Source of the DNA: a virus
Virus genome (UHGV): UHGV-1370579
Reading direction: 5' to 3' (one strand)
Length of the DNA stretch: 64,000 nucleotides
Shown: piece by piece, positions 25,646-36,007 of the stretch
Layout of the letters: each line of letters begins with the position of its first letter
How positions within the stretch are numbered: position 1 is the stretch's first letter
Translations under genes and position numbers: made by a program
Notes under the pieces: generated by a model
Database searches by the model: none
What the model saw: the letters and a program-made list of their open reading frames with translations, nothing else
Told to the model about the DNA's origin: nothing

Positions 25646-25843
25646 ATGATTTTCTTTCCTACTGAATCTTTAATTCTAGGCTTATTTATTATGGCGGCCT
25701 CATTATTGTTTGCTTATTTTCAAAATGATTTAGATTCATATTATTTTAAACGTAAATCTAAATTAGCAAAGCGTTTGGGCTTACTTTGTTTTATTGCCGC
25801 CGTTGCTTGTGGTGTTAGTTCTAGCCTAGTGCCTTTAAATTAA
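25646..25843 (+). CDS. pre-early small membrane protein (65 aa)
   Basis: ORF track; conserved leader. Confidence 0.5.
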   Translation: MIFFPTESLILGLFIMAASLLFAYFQNDLDSYYFKRKSKLAKRLGLLCFIAAVACGVSSSLVPLN

Positions 25844-25933
25844 TGTTGCAAATTATAACGCCTATTATTTGAGGCGTTATATTTGGCAATATTGCCGTTA
25901 TTAACCTAATCCCTTTAATGGAGTTTTATTACT

Positions 25934-27604
25934 ATGATTATTTCCGCAGAAAAACAAACCGTTATCCTGAAAATGGCCGCTGACTTTAACTTCTACGGTA
26001 AACGCCTGCGCGCCACTAAATTGGAAGTTTGTGACGATATTTCGAAAGCGGTATACGATACTACTAAACACTCCACCGCCATTTGTGATTGGTTGGAAGC
26101 AAATAAACCAGCGAAACCAAAAGCGGCAAAAGTAGCAAAAGCCATTAAAAATGATGAGCGCCCAGAAGCGGCTGGGATTGTTTCTAGTACGGTGGAGCAA
26201 TGGGAAGTAAAACAAGGTAAACGCTTTATTATTACATCGATTCAGAATAATACTTTCCCGCATAAAAACTTTTTAGCCTCACTGGAGCAATTTGCTAAAT
26301 ATATCGGTGCTGATTTGCTTGTTTCTAAGTATATTTATAATAAAAACGGTTTTCAAAATGGGGAAGGTGCGGATGGAATCAAATATGATTCCGCGTTCGA
26401 TAAATATATTTGCAGCAAAAACGTGTTTTTAAATAACCGCCGCTTTGCTTTCATGGCTGAAATTAATGTTTTGCCAACCGCAGATTATCCGCTTTCTGGA
26501 TTCGCCGAGACTGCAACGGCTTTAAATATTGAGGGGCTGGCAATTGGTCACGCTAAAATTACCGCTGAAAGCGTGCCAGCTTTAAAAGGTGAAGTAGTGC
26601 GCCGTATGTATTCAACCGGAACGGCAACGTTAAAAAACTACATTCAGCAGAAAGCAGGACAAAAGGCCGAGGCGCTGCATAACTTCGGTGCGCTGATTGT
26701 CGAGTTCGACGAGGACGGGGAATTTTTTGTTCGCCAGCTTGAAACAATGGACGAAAGCGGGGTGTTTTATGATCTGAACGTTTGCGCTACTCCTGCCGGA
26801 TGCTATGAGACATCGGGGCATGTTTTAGGCTTGCAGTATGGCGATATTCACGCCGAAAAATTAGATGAGGAGTGCGCCGCCGCATCTTGGGGGCATGGTG
26901 ATACTTATGGGCTAGTAGATATTCTTAAACCAAAATATCAGTTTGTGCATGACGTTCACGATTTTACATCCCGCAATCATCATAACCGCGCATCCGGTGT
27001 ATTCCTAGCTAAACAATACGCCGCCGGACGTGATAAAGTTCTGGATGATCTTATCGATACGGGGCGCGTGCTAGAATCAATGGAACGTGATTTTAGTCAA
27101 ACAATCATTGTTGAATCTAATCACGATTTGGCGCTATCCCGTTGGCTTGATGATCGTAATGCTAACATCAAAGACGATCCAGCAAACGCCGAGTTATATC
27201 ACCGCCTGAATGCCGCTATTTACGGAGCTATTGCAGAAAAAGACGATACTTTCAACGTGCTAGATTATGCGCTGCGCAAGGTTGCAGGCTGTGAATTTAA
27301 CGCCATTTTCCTGACCACTGACCAATCTTTCAAGATTGCAGGCATCGAGTGCGGCGTACACGGTCACAACGGCATTAACGGGAGCCGTGGCAATCCGAAA
27401 CAGTTTAAGAAATTGGGCAAATTAAACACCGGACACACCCACACCGCCAGCATTTACGGCGGCGTTTATACCGCTGGCGTATCGGGGAGCCTCGATATGG
27501 GTTACAATGTTGGCGCGTCAAGCTGGACGCAAACGCATGTTATTACCTATGCAAACGGTCAGCGTACTTTGATCGACTTTAAGAACGGTAAATTCTTTGC
27601 GTAA
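25934..27604 (+). CDS. A1: pre-early protein A1 (556 aa, metallophosphoesterase-like)
   Basis: Same length as T5 A1; GDIHAE, HDVHD and ESNHD phosphoesterase-like motifs. Sits with A2 and dmp. Confidence 0.8.
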   Translation: MIISAEKQTVILKMAADFNFYGKRLRATKLEVCDDISKAVYDTTKHSTAICDWLEANKPAKPKAAKVAKAIKNDERPEAAGIVSSTVEQWEVKQGKRFIITSIQNNTFPHKNFLASLEQFAKYIGADLLVSKYIYNKNGFQNGEGADGIKYDSAFDKYICSKNVFLNNRRFAFMAEINVLPTADYPLSGFAETATALNIEGLAIGHAKITAESVPALKGEVVRRMYSTGTATLKNYIQQKAGQKAEALHNFGALIVEFDEDGEFFVRQLETMDESGVFYDLNVCATPAGCYETSGHVLGLQYGDIHAEKLDEECAAASWGHGDTYGLVDILKPKYQFVHDVHDFTSRNHHNRASGVFLAKQYAAGRDKVLDDLIDTGRVLESMERDFSQTIIVESNHDLALSRWLDDRNANIKDDPANAELYHRLNAAIYGAIAEKDDTFNVLDYALRKVAGCEFNAIFLTTDQSFKIAGIECGVHGHNGINGSRGNPKQFKKLGKLNTGHTHTASIYGGVYTAGVSGSLDMGYNVGASSWTQTHVITYANGQRTLIDFKNGKFFA

Positions 27605-27657
27605 TTAATTAATACCCTAGCGGCTTGAAATATAGCCGCTATTACAGGAGTCAAAAA

Positions 27658-27915
27658 ATGAAAGTTACATTACCCAAAACATTGGACGAAAAAGTATTCA
27701 TTTCACCGGATGAAATGGAATCTGATAAAGTTTACAGCTTCGGGCCTATCCTAGCCGCCAAAACTAATACGGATGGTATTATTTCCGTCGATTCCCGTGA
27801 TAACGATATTGTCCCTTTTGATGATGATGGCGCTTTTTATGAGTGGCTAAGCGATAATAATTTACCCGTAAATGGTGAATTAACGCCGTATCAAATGCAA
27901 ATTATTATCAAGTAA
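27658..27915 (+). CDS. pre-early hypothetical protein (85 aa)
   Basis: ORF track (27625); start moved to the Met after AGGAG. Confidence 0.45.
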   Translation: MKVTLPKTLDEKVFISPDEMESDKVYSFGPILAAKTNTDGIISVDSRDNDIVPFDDDGAFYEWLSDNNLPVNGELTPYQMQIIIK

Positions 27916-27953
27916 ATTAAACCCCTTATTAAACTAATTGGAGTTTTATAAAT

Positions 27954-28352
27954 ATGAAAAAGCAAAATATTCCATTCGATCGCGCTCAATCCTCAATTGT
28001 TTTAGTTTATTCTAATGGTGAGCGTTATCACGTCGAGGCCGGTCACGTTGTCGATGATTTAATCGAGTTTAACGAGGCGCTACAGATCACTACTTTCGCC
28101 TATACCACGGGCAAGCTATCAAGCCGCATCAAGGCGAAAGGCGTTTACATTGACACGGTGAAACAAGAAACGATTATCATCGACGCCGTAAAATCCGGCC
28201 TAGCCTTTGCGGTAGTCGCGCCTTGCCCCGCTTGCCTTGATGATCAGCTAATGAGCGCAAAGGTGTATACCTGCGCTGGTATTCGTTCCAGTGTATCGGG
28301 TGAAGATATTACCGTCATCGCTGATGCGCTTGCGTTTGGTCTGGCATTTTAA
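27954..28352 (+). CDS. A2: pre-early protein A2-like (132 aa)
   Basis: Position between A1 and dmp, size and conserved leader. Identity is inferred from synteny only. Confidence 0.55.
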   Translation: MKKQNIPFDRAQSSIVLVYSNGERYHVEAGHVVDDLIEFNEALQITTFAYTTGKLSSRIKAKGVYIDTVKQETIIIDAVKSGLAFAVVAPCPACLDDQLMSAKVYTCAGIRSSVSGEDITVIADALAFGLAF

Positions 28353-28432
28353 TAGTTAATTTATTATTACCCGCTATTAAATAGCGGGTAATGCTGAACT
28401 AACTTAATCCCTCAAATGGAGAATGCAACAAA

Positions 28433-29167
28433 ATGAATAAATCTATTACTAATTCTTTCCGTACTTTCCCGCATATTTCCCGCGTCATGATTTGGGATCT
28501 GGACGGCACTATCATTAATTCTTTCCATCGTGTAGCGCCTTGCTTTGATAGTGAGGGCAATTTAGATTTAAATAAGTATAAGAATGAAGCGTGTAAACAT
28601 CATTTAATAATGCAGGATTCATTATTACCATTAGTTGAATATATGCGCCAGTGCATGAATGATGTTAATACGTTAAACATTATCTGCACCGCTCGACTGA
28701 TGAGCAAGTCGGATTATTATTACCTACGCAAGCAAGGACTGCGAGGGCGTGGGGATAGCAATATCCGCGTATTTTCCCGCGATACACTACACAAATATTT
28801 TGAAGCTGATAAAGTTAGCGAAATATACCACAGTAAGGACGCAGTTTATAAATCTTATTATTTTGAATTATTTAAACAGTTATATCCGAACGCTGATTTT
28901 ACAATGATTGACGATCATAAAGGCGTGCTATCAGCGGCTGCGTCATACGGATTTAAAACGCTGGACGCGCAAGCTATTAACGATATTCTATCAATCGGTG
29001 TCACATTGATAGGTGAAACCTTTATTGATGAGTCGCTCGATGATGATAATGATTATCAATTCCTAGCCGACCGCCTGCAATTATGTTGGGAAAGTATGAC
29101 CGAAGAAGAACGCGCAGAATATAGTTGCAGCCCGCAACAATATATTGAGAAATTAAAAGTTGCCTAA
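28433..29167 (+). CDS. dmp: 5'-deoxyribonucleotidase Dmp (HAD family)
   Basis: HAD motif I WDLDGTIINS; 244 aa as recalled for T5 dmp; last gene of the pre-early block. Confidence 0.8.
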   Translation: MNKSITNSFRTFPHISRVMIWDLDGTIINSFHRVAPCFDSEGNLDLNKYKNEACKHHLIMQDSLLPLVEYMRQCMNDVNTLNIICTARLMSKSDYYYLRKQGLRGRGDSNIRVFSRDTLHKYFEADKVSEIYHSKDAVYKSYYFELFKQLYPNADFTMIDDHKGVLSAAASYGFKTLDAQAINDILSIGVTLIGETFIDESLDDDNDYQFLADRLQLCWESMTEEERAEYSCSPQQYIEKLKVA

Positions 29168-29184
29168 CAATTAAGATTGAGATT

Positions 29185-29221
29185 GTTTCACCTTGCAATT
29201 AAAATGGTTGCAGGGTGAAAC
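29185..29221. terminator. 14-bp-stem hairpin GTTTCACCTTGCAA...TTGCAGGGTGAAAC after dmp
   Basis: seen directly; no T-run. Confidence 0.45.
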
Positions 29222-29338
29222 AGTTAGCATGGTAATAGTAACACAGGGGGATTATTAGACTACTAACTATCCCCAGTCCCACTGAGCACATCCGCATGTG
29301 TAATCTTATGAAATTTCAAGATTTTCAAATTAGCGCTA

Positions 29339-29812
29339 TTAACCGTGGTTTGTGAACTCACCACATACTTTCTCACGTGCTTCCCTTATCGCACTTTCAG
29401 CTTCCTCAAGACTCTCGAAATAGGCCGAGATAAAATACTTACCTTGGTGTCTACCGCGTGCTCTCCACTTCTTACGAGTGTTATCCCAGTATACTCCCTT
29501 AACTCCCGAGATATTGTTCTTAGATAGACGCTGATTCGCTAAGTTCTGCTCATGTGATGCTTTACGAAGATTATTCTTTCTATTATCTAGTCCCTCACAG
29601 TTTTTATGGTCTATGAGAGATTCTCCGGGATCTTCTCCGTAGATGCACCACCAAGCTAGGCGATGCACTCTAAACTCTCCGAACTGTGGGTGACGATATA
29701 TGAGATAACCTTCACTTTCCTTAGTATACCCTATAATAGGCAGGAATCGCCCCGTATCTGGATCATATGAAAAACTACCAGCTATTTCATCAGGGATTTT
29801 CTTAAATATCAT
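29339..29812 (-). CDS. HNH-AP2 homing endonuclease
   Basis: HRLAWW...IDHKN..LDNR..NLR (HNH) plus an AP2-like GVYWDNTRKKWRARGRHQGKYF. Confidence 0.8.
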   Translation of the reverse strand: MIFKKIPDEIAGSFSYDPDTGRFLPIIGYTKESEGYLIYRHPQFGEFRVHRLAWWCIYGEDPGESLIDHKNCEGLDNRKNNLRKASHEQNLANQRLSKNNISGVKGVYWDNTRKKWRARGRHQGKYFISAYFESLEEAESAIREAREKVCGEFTNHG

Positions 29813-30054
29813 GAACTTCTCCTATCTACTGGCTTATCTCCCGATTCTGACATACGAAATCTCTTCCGCGACGCCCGAGATCCATCAGACCATTCTCGCT
29901 CAAACTCCGCACGTTTCTCCGCAAACCTCCGCTCTCTTTCCGAAAGCTCTCGCGATACCCCCGCAATATATTCACGATGTTTGTTAATAGCCCCGAGTGT
30001 TCCGAAGATTCCCGCAAGTACCCCGATAATGAAGATAGCTACAAAACTAAACAT
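29809..30054 (-). CDS. small membrane protein (81 aa)
   Basis: ORF track; N-terminal TM. Confidence 0.45.
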   Translation of the reverse strand: MFSFVAIFIIGVLAGIFGTLGAINKHREYIAGVSRELSERERRFAEKRAEFEREWSDGSRASRKRFRMSESGDKPVDRRSS

Positions 30055-30242
30055 TACTTGTCTCCCCGCAGCTTACGTTCTATACGAGCTAAGTGGTTAT
30101 CTAAGATGCACTGCCCTATAATTACCACAACTAGTAAAGCAATAATTACTACTTCCATTATAACCACCCCGCCATAGCTGCTAACCAAAAGAGTACAAAG
30201 ATAAAGAATAACACAGTCCCGAATCCGAAAGAATTTATCCAA
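30054..30242 (-). CDS. small membrane protein (62 aa)
   Basis: ORF track; hydrophobic core. Confidence 0.4.
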   Translation of the reverse strand: MDKFFRIRDCVILYLCTLLVSSYGGVVIMEVVIIALLVVVIIGQCILDNHLARIERKLRGDK

Positions 30243-30273
30243 CTTTCATATACTTCCCCTCTTTTATTTTTAC

Positions 30274-30855
30274 TCATTTATTTAACTCCTCCACACTAAA
30301 AACTTTGTATCCCTTAAATAACTCCTGAACTGCACGTGGTCCATGAAACTGTACACGCATCGTATTAGCCTTCTCCACCGCTAACTTTAGATCTTGGTAG
30401 GGAAAGAATCCTCCAGATATTTGATTACCTTTACTATCTTGTACTCTAACTTGCCATTTTTGTTTTAATTTATTCCAGGATACTCCTAGGTAACCAGATA
30501 TACCCCAAGAAGGTCTATTACGCATATTTTCCTGCCTAGATGCATCAAATAGATTATCCCACCTATTATCATCTCTAACTCTATTATCATGGTCCACTTC
30601 TACGGGCATATATCCTTCCATGTATAAGAAGGCCAGTCTATGCGCTCTATAAGGTAGTCTGTCAATACGAATTACTATATAGCCATCTTTATCTCGTGTA
30701 CCTGCTATACTACCTGCTTTTTTGTTTCCTCTACTTTGTAAATTTACAAATATACCGGTATTCGGGTCGTACCTTAGCACTTCTTTTAATCTTTCTTGCG
30801 TTAGCACGCTGCTTCTCCTGTAAGCCTGGTATTTGGAAGATTCTAGATATTGCAC
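30274..30855 (-). CDS. HNH-AP2 homing endonuclease
   Basis: HRLAFLYMEGYMPVEVDHDNRVRDDNRWDNL plus GVSWNKLKQKWQVRV. Confidence 0.8.
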   Translation of the reverse strand: MQYLESSKYQAYRRSSVLTQERLKEVLRYDPNTGIFVNLQSRGNKKAGSIAGTRDKDGYIVIRIDRLPYRAHRLAFLYMEGYMPVEVDHDNRVRDDNRWDNLFDASRQENMRNRPSWGISGYLGVSWNKLKQKWQVRVQDSKGNQISGGFFPYQDLKLAVEKANTMRVQFHGPRAVQELFKGYKVFSVEELNK

Positions 30856-30990
30856 GAACCATTATGACTGTCCCGATAAGATCCATTACTTCATCGAAGC
30901 CGGATTCTTCTATTAAGAAGGATGTTCCCATCACTTCTTCTATTGTATCTTCTATGACGTCTTGAATGATTTCATCAATTGCATCATGTA
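30856..30990 (-). pseudogene. start-less acidic ORF fragment (…AIHDAIDEIIQDVIEDTIEEVMGTSFLIEESGFDEVMDLIGTVIMV) running into the HNH gene
   Basis: Open frame with no start codon upstream; continues out of frame over the HNH N-terminus (ORF track 30731..30934). Confidence 0.3.
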
Positions 30991-31133
30991 TTGCTTTTTA
31001 GTCCTGGGATCTATTTCAAAGTTAACAGGTTCCTGAAAGGACTTTTCTTCATCTTACCTAGTGGTTTCTGCCAATATACCATCCAAGAAATAAAAAATTT
31101 AGTTTACTTGGATGTCTTTTTGTTTTATACTAA

Positions 31134-31400
31134 TTACAGGTAATTAGATTGCTCTAGTTTAAATTTACAATCACCATATTTAAGGTCAAACTGACTGAGA
31201 TCCCACCACCCAAATTTAGTACGGAGCTGTACTACTGGAAAGCGATCTCCCTTAATACGAACTTTTTGAACCTTGAGACCGTAATGTTCTTCCCCCGCAC
31301 CACCAAAAGATTTTACAAATCCCGTACAAAATGGTTTGGGAGCAGGTGCACAACCAGATAACATAACTGTGGCAACTAGTGCAATTACAAACTTTTTCAT
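31134..31400 (-). CDS. llp: lytic-conversion lipoprotein Llp (receptor-blocking lipoprotein)
   Basis: Signal peptide plus lipobox VMLSGC; divergent from and adjacent to the RBP gene, as in T5. Confidence 0.7.
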   Translation of the reverse strand: MKKFVIALVATVMLSGCAPAPKPFCTGFVKSFGGAGEEHYGLKVQKVRIKGDRFPVVQLRTKFGWWDLSQFDLKYGDCKFKLEQSNYL

Positions 31401-31485
31401 ATTTATCTCTCCATTTCTATTTTATGAATATATTATAGCAAAATAGAGGGATGAAAGCAAATACATTTTTATAATAGGAGATTAT

Positions 31486-33243
31486 ATGGGTTTTTTCGCT
31501 GGAAAGTATAGCGATGGTAAGACCGTACTATCTTTAAATACTGAATCTGGGGGTGACATTAATCGTCACTATAGTCCAAATAATAATAGTATTTTTCATA
31601 GTGATATGCCATTTGTTCTAGTTGATGGTACTTATGAGGCAGGATTAGGTGATGCCGGGAATGGGTTTTTCGTATGTCAGATGCCTCCTGATATAATAAA
31701 TATTAAATCTAATGATCCTGGTAGAGTTATACTAACTGCTATTGAAATTAATGGTACTCACAGAGCTTTTCTTAACGGTACTCAGAGTAAAGTTGGTCAA
31801 ACTATAGTTGCCACTCAGGCAGATCCCTTTAGATCTTTTGCTAGTGTTTCTCAAACCAGTGGGTTTGCATTTGGTAATAGTCTAGCATCTGGCACTTATA
31901 ATTATAATCCCTCTCTAGGGCACGAAGAATCTATTTCTAGGAGTGGTACAGGGGGTACTACGTTACATAGTACCTACCATGGTATAGTTAGGCCTGGTGC
32001 GGGAGCTCCTGTAGGGGTTACTGTTGCACAAGCTTTTGAGCAATTGGGTTTCCCTACTAATAGTAGTACAGTACCTGTAGATGGCAATAACCCATACTAT
32101 TGGGATCCTGGATGGATGTCGCCTCTAGGAGCAGCACATAGAGGGCATGATTGGTTTTATGTCTGCAATTCTAATATACGTGGATATGGTGGGGTTAGAC
32201 AAGGGCTCCCAGGTAATGTAAATACTATGTACCACGACGGCGGGAACAGATTTGTTTGTAGGGGATCTACTACTAATCTGGCCAATCAGTCTGGCAACCC
32301 TACAGTAATACAGGATTGGTATAATATAACTCCTACTAAGGTTATTTGGTATGTTCTTAATTTAAGGTACTCTAATGGTGGAATGAGTATTTCAGGCAAC
32401 CCCTTTACTGGTTCCGATATTCTTATATCTCCTTCTAACTTCATAATTAAAGGGGTGAGTCTTCCTAATACTGGATATAAATTTATTAATCAGAATGCTT
32501 TTGGTAACCTAGGTTACCGTCCTGATATGGAGTATATAGGGAATAACGCAGCGTATACTGGGATTTTTGGTGATACCACGGCAAGATGTGAACTTGTAGG
32601 GTCTAGTAATGGAGGATTGTGGTCTCCTGTAGATTATGGGGGAGCTAAATCACAGATTAGCATTTATAAATTTGGGGCCGGTAAACAATGGTATGTAAAC
32701 TCAAATAATAATACTATTGGTAATGAACATGGGGTTGTTTGGGGACCATCAGCAGTTCCACTTCGACTTTTTAGTGGAAATGTAGGTAGTTCTTATATGG
32801 GAGATGATATTACTCCCAGCTACCCAGGAACAGGTGATAGATACGTTGGTTTATCAACTATTGGGCTAGGTATACCAGGCGGAAATGCTACAGTAATTCT
32901 TACTACTGAAGTTATATCAGGTAATCTTAATTGTGCGGGTGTTCCAGCTAATACATGGAATAATGGTGTGTTTCAAGTGCAAGGAAGAAGAGCATATAGC
33001 TATAGCGGCGGGGATGCAATATTCCACCAGATTTTAACGCTACCTGTGGGCTATCTAGTACCTTTTCATACTACATCTGCTTTTAGATACACGCCTAACA
33101 ATGCTCTTAGTAGAAACAGTTTTATATATACCGTTAAAAATCTAGGAAATGGAAATGTAGAGTTAGGAGTAGTTATGCACGTGAGTTTGGGCAGCGCAGT
33201 TTTCATACCGAGATTAAGAGTAACAGTTCAACGCCTTACCTAA
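31486..33243 (+). CDS. oad: receptor-binding protein pb5
   Basis: N-terminus FFAGK...GGD.N.H..P....IFHSDM and SP.NFIIKGV....T.YKFIN resemble T5 pb5 as recalled; adjacent to llp. Confidence 0.8.
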   Translation: MGFFAGKYSDGKTVLSLNTESGGDINRHYSPNNNSIFHSDMPFVLVDGTYEAGLGDAGNGFFVCQMPPDIINIKSNDPGRVILTAIEINGTHRAFLNGTQSKVGQTIVATQADPFRSFASVSQTSGFAFGNSLASGTYNYNPSLGHEESISRSGTGGTTLHSTYHGIVRPGAGAPVGVTVAQAFEQLGFPTNSSTVPVDGNNPYYWDPGWMSPLGAAHRGHDWFYVCNSNIRGYGGVRQGLPGNVNTMYHDGGNRFVCRGSTTNLANQSGNPTVIQDWYNITPTKVIWYVLNLRYSNGGMSISGNPFTGSDILISPSNFIIKGVSLPNTGYKFINQNAFGNLGYRPDMEYIGNNAAYTGIFGDTTARCELVGSSNGGLWSPVDYGGAKSQISIYKFGAGKQWYVNSNNNTIGNEHGVVWGPSAVPLRLFSGNVGSSYMGDDITPSYPGTGDRYVGLSTIGLGIPGGNATVILTTEVISGNLNCAGVPANTWNNGVFQVQGRRAYSYSGGDAIFHQILTLPVGYLVPFHTTSAFRYTPNNALSRNSFIYTVKNLGNGNVELGVVMHVSLGSAVFIPRLRVTVQRLT

Positions 33244-33253
33244 AGGAGGAAAT

Positions 33254-33736
33254 ATGGCAAATGATGTATTAGTACCAGATCTTATGTCCCCTGAAGGGAT
33301 GGATGTAATTGAAGCTTATTTACAGTGTGGCAGCGATGTGCCTGCCGCAGCACGTAGTCTTGGAATGTCTGAAATTGCTTTCCGAGATATTATGAATCGT
33401 AGTGAAGTTAAGAACTACTTAAATGATATTTTTATGGAGAGTGGATTCCGTAACAGAGATCGTTTATTTGGTGTTCTAGATGAAGTTATTAAACGTAAAC
33501 TAGAGGAGCTAGAAGAAACTGGCATGGGTTCTGACCAGGATATTATGGATATTCTATGGAAAGCTCACAAAATGAAGATGGAAGAAATGAAGATGATGGT
33601 AGAGTTAGAGAAAGCTAAAGCCGCCGCTCGAGCTCCTGCTAATCAGACCAATATTCAGAATAACATTATTGCTGGAGCTGGGGACCAAAACTACATGGAC
33701 TTAATTACTTCCCTAGCTACTGGAGGTAAGAAGTAA
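33254..33736 (+). CDS. terminase small subunit-like protein (HTH)
   Basis: Immediately upstream of TerL with coupled stop/start; helix-turn-helix-like N-terminus. Confidence 0.5.
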   Translation: MANDVLVPDLMSPEGMDVIEAYLQCGSDVPAAARSLGMSEIAFRDIMNRSEVKNYLNDIFMESGFRNRDRLFGVLDEVIKRKLEELEETGMGSDQDIMDILWKAHKMKMEEMKMMVELEKAKAAARAPANQTNIQNNIIAGAGDQNYMDLITSLATGGKK

Positions 33737-35052
33737 TGGAAGTGTCAAGACCCTATGTTAACACAGTAGATGTTATTGATTTCGGAATAGACAAACGTTT
33801 CTTTCGTCTACCTGTTTCCGGAATACTAGCACAAGAGGGTATCACGCCTAATGGCCCTCAAATAGCAATTATCAATGCCATAGAAGACCCTAGACATCGT
33901 TTTGTAACGGCGTGTGTATCCCGCCGTGTAGGTAAATCTTTTATAGCGTATACACTTGGGTTCCTAAAATTGCTGGAACCTAATGTGAAGGTACTGGTAG
34001 TTGCTCCTAATTACTCACTGGCCAACATCGGTTGGTCTCAGATTCGTGGTCTTATTAAGAAGTACGGCCTACAAACCGAACGTGAAAACGCTAAAGATAA
34101 AGAGATTGAGTTAGCTAATGGTTCTCTATTTAAACTAGCTTCCGCGGCTCAGGCTGACTCCGCGGTTGGACGTTCATATGACTTTATCATCTTTGACGAA
34201 GCGGCAATTTCCGATGTGGGTGGTGATGCCTTTAGAGTTCAGCTGCGTCCTACTCTAGATAAGCCTAATTCTAAAGCTCTATTTATCTCTACTCCTCGTG
34301 GTGGTAACTGGTTTAAAGAGTTTTATGCCTATGGGTTTGATGATACGTTGCCTAACTGGGTATCTATTCATGGTACATATCGTGATAACCCACGTGCTGA
34401 CCTGAATGATATTGAGGAAGCACGCCGTACTGTTAGTAAAAACTACTTCCGCCAAGAATACGAGGCTGACTTCTCTGTATTCGAAGGTCAGATCTTTGAT
34501 ACCTTTAATGCTATCGATCATGTTAAAGACCTCAAAGGTATGCGTCACTTCTTTAAAGATGATGAAGCCTTCGAAACGTTGCTTGGTATTGACGTTGGTT
34601 ATCGTGATCCTACAGCAGTTCTTACTATTAAATATCATTACGATACGGATACTTACTATGTATTAGAAGAGTACCAGCAGGCGGAGAAAACTACAGCTCA
34701 GCATGCTGCTTATATTCAGCATTGTATAGATCGTTATAAAGTTGATCGTATTTTTGTTGACTCCGCGGCAGCTCAGTTCCGCCAAGACTTAGCTTATGAG
34801 CATGAAATTGCCTCAGCTCCAGCTAAAAAATCTGTCCTAGATGGTCTAGCATGCTTGCAAGCGCTATTCCAGCAGGGCAAGATTATTGTAGATGCTTCAT
34901 GTTCCTCATTAATCCATGCATTGCAGAACTATAAGTGGGACTTCCAAGAAGGCGAAGAGAAATTATCACGTGAAAAACCACGTCATGATGCTAACTCTCA
35001 CCTTTGTGATGCGCTGCGCTATGGAATTTACTCTATTTCCCGTGGTAAATAA
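33736..35052 (+). CDS. terminase large subunit
   Basis: 438 aa as recalled for T5 TerL; Walker A SRRVGKS; C-terminal nuclease acidic residues. Confidence 0.85.
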   Translation: MEVSRPYVNTVDVIDFGIDKRFFRLPVSGILAQEGITPNGPQIAIINAIEDPRHRFVTACVSRRVGKSFIAYTLGFLKLLEPNVKVLVVAPNYSLANIGWSQIRGLIKKYGLQTERENAKDKEIELANGSLFKLASAAQADSAVGRSYDFIIFDEAAISDVGGDAFRVQLRPTLDKPNSKALFISTPRGGNWFKEFYAYGFDDTLPNWVSIHGTYRDNPRADLNDIEEARRTVSKNYFRQEYEADFSVFEGQIFDTFNAIDHVKDLKGMRHFFKDDEAFETLLGIDVGYRDPTAVLTIKYHYDTDTYYVLEEYQQAEKTTAQHAAYIQHCIDRYKVDRIFVDSAAAQFRQDLAYEHEIASAPAKKSVLDGLACLQALFQQGKIIVDASCSSLIHALQNYKWDFQEGEEKLSREKPRHDANSHLCDALRYGIYSISRGK

Positions 35053-35223
35053 ATAAGTATAGGATGGGATACTACTCAGTTGGTATCCCATTCCTGTATT
35101 TTAAAATCCCCTTTACAAATTCGATACGATTATGTATACTATATTCATTGATCGGGAGAAGTTCTCCCATAATAGAACGTAAACAAGAAAAATTAATGCT
35201 CTACATGAGGTGTAGGAGATTCT

Positions 35224-35391
35224 ATGGGTCGACAAAAGCTAACAATAAAAGATATAAATACTAGATTAGCTGATCGTGGAATCCAAATTGTCGGTGAATA
35301 TGTAAACCAACGTACAAAAACAGTATTTAAATGCCAGAGAGCACACGTTTGGGAAGCTACACCACATTGCACCTTTACACTATATCACTAG
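35224..35391 (+). pseudogene. truncated zinc-ribbon N-terminal domain of a homing-endonuclease-family gene (55 aa)
   Basis: MGRQKLTIKDINTRLADRGIQIVGEY...FKCQRAHVWEATPHC matches the N-terminal motif of the 39827 ORF, then terminates. The ORF-track 35064..35264 frame is different and is rejected. Confidence 0.35.
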
Positions 35392-35554
35392 ATGTAGCTA
35401 TTAAAGCCAAAATACTCAGAATAGGGTATGTGCCATTAAATAACTATACTAATAAAAACTACATCTATAACACAATAAGGGTCATATATGCTATACCACA
35501 TTAGATGGAATCTCAATGTTGCCCTAGAGGATATAGTAATCTTTCTAAGTAGCT

Positions 35555-36007
35555 TTGGATTGGAGGAGTATGGCCACTAATACTAAGTACAAACGTGATG
35601 CCATTTCCATAATGAGGGATGGTATAAAATCTAGGTATAGTAAGGATGGTTGCTGTGCTATATGTGGTAGTAGTGAAGACCTAGAACTTCATCACTATCA
35701 TACTATATCTCAGCTAATAAAAAAATTTGCTAAAGAACTCCAGCTGGATTTCACTGATGAGAATATCGTCCTTTCAAATAGGGAAGCATTCTACAAGAAA
35801 TATGAGCATGAGTTAGTTAGGGACGTGGTAACATTGTGCCAGCACCATCACCAACTATTACATAAGGTTTACACAAAAGAACCTCCTTTATTTTCTGCTA
35901 ATAAACAGAAAGCATGGGTTCAAAAGCAGAGAGACAAATTACAGAATCCTCAAGAAAAGACACAAGTCAAGACTGAAATAAAATCAGGATTCGCAAGGTT
36001 CTTATAA
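35555..36007 (+). CDS. HNH endonuclease (between terminase and portal)
   Basis: CAICGSSEDLELHHYH...CQHHHQLLH, an HNH Zn-finger motif. Confidence 0.8.
   Translation: MDWRSMATNTKYKRDAISIMRDGIKSRYSKDGCCAICGSSEDLELHHYHTISQLIKKFAKELQLDFTDENIVLSNREAFYKKYEHELVRDVVTLCQHHHQLLHKVYTKEPPLFSANKQKAWVQKQRDKLQNPQEKTQVKTEIKSGFARFL

Noticed and set aside
19300-29200. Higher GC content in the cassette and pre-early block, as possible evidence of foreign origin
   Set aside because: Eyeballed GC (~42-47% in A1 and the cassette, against ~38-41% elsewhere) is only modestly different and gene-specific. dmp in the same block is low-GC. This is not strong enough without a proper windowed calculation.
30731-30934. 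67-aa minus-strand ORF overlapping the HNH gene start
   Set aside because: Only its upstream half (30856-30990 frame) looks protein-like. The rest is the HNH gene read out of frame. It is interpreted as a gene remnant, not a functional overlapping gene.
35064-35264. ORF-track 66-aa ORF between terminase and HNH
   Set aside because: It is in the wrong frame relative to the recognisable zinc-ribbon remnant (35224-35391) and has no RBS. It is replaced by the pseudogene call.
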